A DNA stretch of 64,000 nucleotides. It comes from Ranitomeya imitator. Its lineage: Eukaryota. The stretch covers positions 9,176,001 through 9,240,000 of the forward strand of contig NC_091289.1 in NCBI RefSeq assembly GCF_032444005.1, written 5' to 3'. How positions within the stretch are numbered: position 1 is the first letter of the stretch; each line of letters starts with the position of its first letter. Below the pieces are notes generated by a model. The model was not told where the DNA came from. It worked only from the letters and a program-made list of their open reading frames with translations, and ran no database searches. Positions 37,661-64,000 of this stretch are shown here, in pieces. A program made the translations under genes and the position numbers.

Positions 37661-38112
37661 CTGCAGACCTAAGAGGCCCAACTGCAGAATGTCTCCTGGC
37701 CGCCATGTTTGCTAAGACCAAAACCGCATCTACCGAGGGCAGAGACAATGCAATAGCCAAATTGTGAAATTTAACCCTTTCCAGCACCGCTAATTTCTCC
37801 ATTTTATTTTTTGTTCTTTTTCTTCCAGGATCTATAAACTACTAGACTGGTAATTCTGACTTTTTTTTTATTTATTTATTTATTTGCATTTATGACATTT
37901 AAAAAAAAAAAAAAAGATAAATATTTTGATAGATCAGATTCTTATGGACGGGACGATACCAGACACATTTATTTTTTCTTTGCCTTTTGATTTAGTTTTT
38001 AAAACTAGAAAATGTGGGTGATCGAAAAAGTTTTCTTAAAAAATAAAAATAAAAAAAAAGAATTAAATACATTTATTTCAATATTCCACTTGGAGAGATG
38101 AAGCAGCTTTAA

Positions 38113-39159
38113 CCCCTTCATGACATAGCGATTTACCGCTATCGTTTTTTTGCTCCCCTTCTTCCTAGAGCCATCATTTTTTATTTTTCCGTCAATATGG
38201 CCGTATGAGGGCTTTGTTCTTTTTCAGTGACATGATGGATTATACTATATACCGTACTGGAAACCAGGGAAAAAAAACTCCAAGTGCGTTGAAATTACAA
38301 AAAAAAAGTGCAATGCCACAATTGGTTTTAAAAGGTTCCTAATTAACATGTTCACTATATGGTAACATTGACCTGGGAACACGACCCCCCGGTCAGTGCG
38401 AGTTCGCAGATGGCAAAACATATATAGTTTTTTTTTATATTTAAGTGGTGAAAAAATTCATAAATTTGTAAAAAAAAAAAAAAAATTAATAAATTTGCTT
38501 TTGTCACCATTTACATAAAGCCTTCATTTCTGGGGATCTGGGGCTGGGACAAAGCTGATGTTTTTATCGATACCACTTTGGGTAGATACAATGTTTCTGA
38601 ATGCGGCGATAACAAATGTGTATTATTTTTTTTTTAAATTGTACTATATTTAATGGGGCTAAAGGTGGGCGATATTCTAACTTTTGTGTTTTTGTTTTCA
38701 TATTTTTAAAAACTTATTTTCTCACTTTGTACTGTATTTAATAATCCCCTTAGGGGACTTGAAGCTGCAATCGTCTGATCACTTGTGCCATGCACTGCGG
38801 GGATTCAGCTCTTGGTATAGGGTAAATCACGACCTCCTACTGGCTGGTTTTCACTGGAGGATCGTAATGAAAGAACGGGGGGTCTTCAGCAGACCCTCAG
38901 CTGTCATGACAAGCCATTGACGCAGCGCGATCATATTACAGGAGCACTGTTGGGAGTGTGGAACTGCGCGTTCCCCCTGAAGGTGCATGTTAAATGCTGC
39001 TTTCAGAGATGGATAGCGGGATTTAATAGGTTAACAACTCCACCCGCGGCTGTTAGGGGCACATGATGGCTGATTAAATCAACCATCATCTGCAGGGAAA
39101 GATGCGGGCCACCCGAAAAGGACATATGACGTTAATGTATGTCATATGTAGTGAAGGGG
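38113..39159. mobile_element. Non-autonomous piggyBac-like element
   Basis: TTAA|CCCCTTCA ... TGAAGGGG|TTAA (TTAA TSD, CCC/GGG ends); no ORF. Confidence 0.75.
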
Positions 39160-39332
39160 TTAATGCATTATATAAAAAAAAAAGTTTTCAATGGTATAAA
39201 ACATTTATTGTACAAAAGGTTTTATAACAATTTAATATTTTACAGATATAAAAGATACAACGTTTATAAAAGTGACAAATGACACAATACGTGACATAGG
39301 AGAGATAATGGCGCCGTATCCGTATAAAGCCG

Positions 39333-42300
39333 TCAGCCTAATCCGAGCGCGTCCTTGTTCTCCCGCAGCCAGGAGTGGTACGAGTTCAGCTTGTGATCCT
39401 CCGGACGAACCTGAAAAAAAAACACAAAATAAAACGGTCTATGGGGATAGAAAGGGAATAAAAAACAGCAGGATTACAATAGAAGTAACAGTCCTGATGG
39501 ACACGTTGTATCCGGGATCCGGCGGGATCCGCACCTCTCTCCACTCGTTCACACAGAAGATTCGATACGAGTCGTTTCCGTATTTTCCGATTCCGTGAAG
39601 CTCGATGGGATAGCGCCACTTCTTTGTGAGAAATTCATCTGCATTACAGAACACAGGGCTGATGAGTGCCCCCTCCCCCGCCGCAGACCCCGCTATATCA
39701 CGGCTGTGCTCAGCTATACCCGAGAACCTGACGATCGTCTTCGCTCGGAGTTCGTAGAGTCCGAGCGGCTGCAGAAGTTCAGACATCTCCTTCCAGTCGG
39801 CTGCTCGCGCCACGTCTGGGGTCGGGTATTTCTCTAGGAAGCGCCACAGGACGGGGACGGCCATTTTTCCTATTAGTACAGATGGTGACAGGTGATAACT
39901 CGGCACCCACCGGAGGCTGTCACCCAGCTTTCCAGGGTTCCTGAGTGGCACCTCCCAGTTATACAGCTGTGAGGGGAAAGGGGGAAGGGAAGTGAAGAGC
40001 AGTAAATGTGACGAATTCTCACCAGACGTCTTGTTCAGGAAGATGGTGGCGACGAGAAGCTTCCAAGGATCGTGAAAGAGCGTTTCTTGCACTAAATTGA
40101 AGGGCGAGCGAGGAGGAGTCCATTTACAGAAAGCTTTCCTCCGAGGCGGATCCATAGCTGCGAGCGGAGGAAAAATAACAATACTTTTACAATCTACACA
40201 TAGTGAAAACATAGTTATTATTATTATTAGTGGCTTATATAATTAGATAGGAAGAGGTTCAATGACAGGAAAAAAATCACAAACGTGATTCCTGCGTAAT
40301 CAGTGATGAATTCTATACATAGGTTACATAATATACCCTGTATTATACTCCAGAGCTGCACTCACTATTCTGCTGGTGCAGTCACTGTGTGCATACATTA
40401 CTGATCCTGAGTTACATCCTGTATTATACCCCAGAGCTGCACTCACTATTCTGCTGGTGCAGTCACTGTGTTCATACATTATCTTACTGATCCGGAGTTA
40501 CATCCTGTATTATACCCCAGAGCTGCACTCACTATTCTGCTGGTGCAGTCACTGTGTGTATATACATTACATTACTGATCCTGAGTTACATCCTGTATTA
40601 TACTCCATAGCTGCACTCACTATTCTGCTGGTGCAGTCACTGTGTTCATACATTACCTTACTGATCCTGAGTTACATCCTGTATTATACCCCAGAGCTGC
40701 ACTCACTATTCTGCTGGTGCAGTCACTGTGTGTATATACATTACATTACTGATCCTGAGTTACATCCTGTATTATACTCCATAGCTGCACTCACTATTCT
40801 GCTGGTGCAGTCACTGTGTACATACATTACATTACTGATCCTGAGTTACATCCTGTATTATACTCCAGAGCTGCACTCACCATTCTGCTGGTGCAGTCAC
40901 TGTGTACATACATTACATTACTGATCCTGAGTTACATCCTGTATTATACCCCAGAGCTGCACTCACTATTCTGCTGGTGCAGTCACTGTGTTCATACATT
41001 ACCTTACTGATCCTGAGTTACATCCTGTATTATACCCCAGAGCTGCACTCACTATTCTGCTGGTGCAGTCACTGTGTGTATATACATTACATTACTGATC
41101 CTGAGTTACATCCTGTATTATACTCCATAGCTGCACTCACTATTCTGCCGGTGCAGTCACTGTGTACATACATTACATTACTGATCCTGAGTTACATCCT
41201 GTATTATACCCCAGTGCTGCACTCACGATTCTGCTGGTGCAGTCACTGTGTTCATACATTACCTTACTGATCCTGAGTTACATCCTGTATTATACCCCAG
41301 AGCTGCACTCACTATTCTGCTGGTGCAGTCACTGTGTGTATATACATTACATTACTGATCCTGAGTTACATCCTGTATTATACTCCATAGCTGCACTCAC
41401 TATTCTGCTGGTGCAGTCACTGTGTACATACATTACATTACTGATCCTGAGTTACATCCTGTATTATACTCCAGAGCTGCACTCACCATTCTGCTGGTGC
41501 AGTCACTGTGTACATACATTACATTACTGATCCTGAGTTACATCCTGTATTATACCCCAGAGCTGCACTCACTATTCTGCTGGTGCAGTCACTGTGTTCA
41601 TACATTACCTTACTGATCCTGAGTTACATCCTGTATTATACCCCAGAGCTGCACTCACTATTCTGCTGGTGCAGTCACTGTGTGTATATACATTACATTA
41701 CTGATCCTGAGTTACATCCTGTATTATACTCCATAGCTGCACTCACTATTCTGCCGGTGCAGTCACTGTGTACATACATTACATTACTGATCCTGAGTTA
41801 CCTCCTGTATTATACTCCAGAGCTGCACTCACTATTCTGCTGGTGCAGTCACTGTGTACATACATTACATTACTGATCCTGAGTTACATCCTGTATTATA
41901 CCCCAGAGCTGCACTCACTATTCTGCTGGTGCAGTCACGGTGTACATACATTACATTACTGATCCTGAGTTACCTCCTGTATTATACTCCAGAGCTGCAC
42001 TCACTATTCTGCTGCTGCAATCGCTTTTTCCAGTATTATTGCACATATGCTGAATCTTATATACTGTATATATATGATTCACACACACTTTATAGACACA
42101 TAGATGAAATCAGCACAAACCTTCACGTTTGGCTTTCTTGGAGAAGTACGGGCTGGTCTTCCTCTTCTCCACCTGTGATCTTGGGATGGGATCGGAGTCG
42201 CTGTTATCCTGGTGGGAATCACTTGCCGTTCCCTCCTGCTCAGTGTCAGTCGGCAGCTGTAAAGCACAGGACACGGACTGGTCATGGGTTTCCTCCGGCC

Positions 42301-43466
42301 TACCCGTCTCAGTCCGGTCTATGGACCTATCCATCTTTTCAGAGTCAACAGGCGACAGTATTTGGGGGTCATTCATCAAATCCTCTCCATGTTCTTTGCT
42401 TCTTTTCCTTGAATTAACCCTTTGATTGGATGTGTTTTGTTGTATCTGAGCCTCTTGCTTGGATGCCGAACGCTTCCTTGGTCTGTTTAGCTGTCTTGCC
42501 GATGCCCTCCTGACACTTCTTACTCTTTTCCGGTCACCGCCTTTCTTCGTGTTGACTTCTATTTCCGGGACGGTGACATTATTGTCTTCCGCGTCCTGCG
42601 CAGTCCTGGTATTGTATGAAGCCTCGGTCCCATGATCACAGACCGCTGGTCCTTCCTCTTTGTCCTTCCCTGCAGCTCCATTCCCCTTGGCCGCTCTTTG
42701 CCTTTCACACTTTGTGAATTGCTTCAGTGGTGAAGCTGAGAAATCAAAGTCTTCGATCTTGACCTTGATGTGATTGACGTGGAGATATTTGACCAGGGCA
42801 CATTTTGATCGGAGTTTGGTCCCCTGGGGGCTGAGAAACAAGTCAAGGAAATAACTTATTCCTGTGCAATAGAGCAATATTCCCGTAATACAAGAGCATA
42901 GAAAAATCTTGGCAGTATATCTTATCAGAGAAATCTAGTCCTTTCTCCACTTATGAGCCTCTTCTATTTCTTCCCTGCATCCTAAACTCATTATTCTCTC
43001 TGCTGATATATGACCAAGACAGACTGCCAGCTCACTGAGGAATCAGATTACAGCTGAATGCTGAAGCCAATGGAGGGAGGAGAGTGAAAGACACACATAG
43101 ATCAGCGCTGCAGCTTCTTAGTAAATGTTTTCTCGCAACCCAGAGCTGGATTCACATCTACACTGCTGACGTCCGCACTCTGGAGACTCACAGTAAGTGT
43201 ACACAGCAGCTGTGAGTTGCTTGTTGTACGGGACTGACCTCACAAATAATACATTGTATTTTCCAGCTGTTTTTCCGGACTTCCTCTGGGTTATGACTTT
43301 TCTCCAGCCCTCGGGAATTGTATCCAGGACGTCAGGCCCAGAATCTCCGTCATCGCTGGGTAGTTCTGTGTCAGTGCAGGGATTCACTGCAGCACCTTGT
43401 GAGTGCAGAACATCGGATTCCACAGGATCCTTAGCTTCAGATTCCACAGGATCTTTAGCCGCTTTC
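39333..43466 (-). CDS. MBD4: Methyl-CpG-binding domain protein 4 (DNA glycosylase); exon 1 lies separately near 45590-45703
   Basis: Exons 43466-43239, 42830-42121, 40157-40023, 39869-39720, 39638-39535, 39410-39333 (TGA). MBD: [33 protein letters not shown]. Glycosylase: [35 protein letters not shown] and HhH motif [14 protein letters not shown] with the catalytic Asp. Two phase-2-compatible first exons are possible (ATG 45703 with a weak gtgact donor, or MGRMRPRC ending at a gtaatg donor near 45590). AATAAA at 39204-39209. Confidence 0.93.
40335..42020. repeat. 86-bp satellite (copy cluster 3, opposite strand) with higher-order structure, MBD4 intron
   Basis: About 19 monomers of 79-88 bp; diagnostic variants recur at 260-bp and 606-bp spacing. 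Confidence 0.93.
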
Positions 43467-44552
43467 CTGGAAGAAATTAGCAAATAAAAGTAAGATGAAT
43501 GTGGACAAACCCAGAAGGGGGTAACGTTTACGCCCCTATCCCCTCCTCCCTCAAGGAGGAATCAACCTCTGGAACCAAAGAAACATAAGGAATACAGCTG
43601 TGGTGTGGAGATGCGTCCTCCTATATTGTTTCTCCTGGAGACTCCTTGTATTGGGATCTGTGGCATATTAAAGGGAGTGGACACTTTGGGAGGTGTTTTT
43701 TTTTTTTTTGCTACAGTGGATGTATTTTGAGCTTCACTAAAGATTTTGCAGCGTTGGACACTTTTGAGCGCTTTCTTTTCATCCACATGGCTGTCTGTCA
43801 AACGAGTTAACTAAGAATCCTTTAGCGAGTTAATGTCGAAGTGGAATTTGTATTTCATTTACTTGTCTTTTTGTGATCTCTCCAAAATGGAATTATGACC
43901 ACATCTAAGTAGATCTAAACGTTCATGTGACCATAAATTAGCTGAGAACAGCTCAGGAACACATAAGAGAGAGTCAAAGTCCCCAGTAGAACGAGCTCAC
44001 TGATGGATTCTCAGTCAAATCATTCTGGAACCAACAATAGTCAGCGCAGCATAGAAGCTATTGAAGTCAAACATTGTTAATGAAAATCAATAGTATTAAT
44101 TATTTTTATCCCAAAATACTTGCAATTAAGTTAAAAAAAAAAGCCCTTTAAGGTGGTCTTTTCCTTTATGTGAATAGGGTTGACCGTAATTCTCCACACA
44201 GTCTGGTGGCTGGGAGCGCCACTGTGCAGGGAAACTATACACGGGGACGACGCGTGAAACCAGACCTGTGGCCCCTTCACTCTTTAGACTGGTGGCGGAC
44301 CCAGAGGTTGGTGCACCGGAATTAAAAATATAATTACCAACCTCTGATAAGTGTCAGAGACCATAATGTATATCAATAGGGCATAGAAAAAAAAGCGATA
44401 CACTTTGCTTCTCAGTTCTCCAGTGCAGATCAAGATCTCCATTTGCAGTTAGTGAGTGGAAACCGCCTGCTAATGCTTCTCACAGCTGAAGGTTTGTTAC
44501 AATTGTAGCTGAACAGTTGAGGCTGTAGAGTAAACACCGTCTGTCCTGATCT

Positions 44553-45168
44553 CCTACCTTCCTTCCTGATACTTTCACCATCTGCACAGATCTCCTACCT
44601 TCCTGATACTAACACCATCTGCACAGATCTCTTACCTTCCTTCCTGATAATTACACCATCTGCACAGATCTCCTACCTTCCTGATACTTACACCATCTGC
44701 ACAGATCTCTTACCTTCCTTCCTGATACTTACACCATCTGCACAGATCTCCTACCTTCCTTCCTGATAATTACACCATCTGCACAGATCTCTTACCTTCC
44801 TTCCTGATACTTACACCATCTGCACAGATCTCTTACCTTCCTTCCTGATACTTACACCATCTGCACAGATCTCTTACCTTCCTTCCTGATACTTACACCA
44901 TCTGCACAGATCTCCTACCTTCCTGATACTAACACCATCTGCACAGATCTCCTACCTTCCTTCCAGATACTAACACCATCTGCACAGATCTCCTACCTTC
45001 CTTCCTGATACTTACACCATCTGCACAGATCTCTTACCTTCCTTCCTGATACTAACACCATCTGCACAGATCTCCTACCTTCCTTCCTGATACTTACACC
45101 ATCTGCACAGATCTCCTTCCTTCCGGATACTTACACCATCTGCACAGATCTCCTACCTTCCTGATACT
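44553..45168. repeat. 41/37-bp minisatellite, ~15 copies, MBD4 intron 1
   Basis: Unit acaccatctgcacagatctcctaccttccttcctgatactt; variants lack one ttcc. Confidence 0.9.
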
Positions 45169-45906
45169 TGGTTGCACTTTTCCTGCACTCAGACATTTTA
45201 TTCTGGACCCCACAACGTCTCAGCGCAACAAAGTATCATGAGGAGGGAGACTGGTGCAGATGAACAGGCATTTACCCCACAGATGATTGTTTATACTGGA
45301 TACAAAGGAACAAACCCTCAGCTGTGAGAAGCATGACACGTTCACAGCATTGCAATGTAGACAAGAGATGTCGTGTCACTGACAGCAAGCAGAGTTATTA
45401 ACTGCAAAGGGAAAATAATCAATTCGAAAGTTGTATTACTTCAGATCTGACAATCACTGAGGATTTCTTGGGTCAGACTGGCACATCATTACTCCTAATG
45501 ACGGGACTTTATTATTATTTATGATTTTATTTCCATTTTGTGCACAAATATGAAAAATAACAATACAGCATAACATTACCTGCACCTAGGCCTCATCCTG
45601 CCCATCTGATCGCCAGCAGCGCCTCCTCCCTGCTATCAATCGTTCTTGATGCCCAGCAGTAAGAAGCAGCTTATAGTCACCAGTCCTGGATGGGCGCAGC
45701 CATGTTTGAGCCTTGCAGAATCACGTGACTTGATCAGCGCTCCTGACTACGCATGCTCCCCGCATACCTGTCTAGTTGGAGCATGCGCTGTGTGAGCTAG
45801 GACACGGGGCGGGGCTCAGTATGGTAATAATCTCCTGTCTGTTGTGGTGACACCGGAGTCCGGTGAGCAACGGTAACGGATTCCTGAACCACAGAAAACC
45901 GGAGCC

Positions 45907-63864
<17,958 letters not shown>

Positions 63865-64000
63865 GTGCGTCCACCAATGAGGGTCATTCCCGTCTCCGAT
63901 CCATTCAGTGCAACTTCTGTAAATCTTCCCCACGCTCGACTGACTCCTGTCATAAGTCATTTATCCATTGATAAAATTGCTGCTTAAAGGAGTCGTCTGA

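Overview
Vertebrate genomic DNA, almost certainly an anuran (frog); the taxon is inferred from repeat style and gene content. It carries the ancestral tetrapod gene block CAND2 (+, 5'-partial), RPL32 (-, with intronic H/ACA snoRNA SNORA7), EFCAB12 (-), MBD4 (-) and IFT122 (+, 3'-partial). Exons were reconstructed by hand from GT-AG sites and reading phase. Introns are either tiny or inflated by minisatellites (26, 30, 31, 35, 40, 41, 58 and 86 bp units; 83 and 89 bp arrays lie in and just past the 3' end of EFCAB12) and MITEs. A young, intact Ty3/Gypsy chromovirus (Tf1/sushi type, with a self-priming signature and a 6-bp TSD) sits in the last EFCAB12 intron. The most striking observation is that several arrays are amplifications of functional elements of their host genes: the 5' hairpin of SNORA7 is repeated about 22 times head-to-tail directly upstream of the intact snoRNA; about 70 RFX X-box half-sites are arrayed in intron 1 of the ciliary gene IFT122; about 50 co-oriented CTCF-like motifs fill a CAND2 intron; and the branch/polypyrimidine tract of IFT122 exon 2 is repeated 10 times. 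The MBD4 methyl-CpG-binding domain lacks the conserved Asp and Tyr. Comparisons with human sequences are from memory and need database confirmation.
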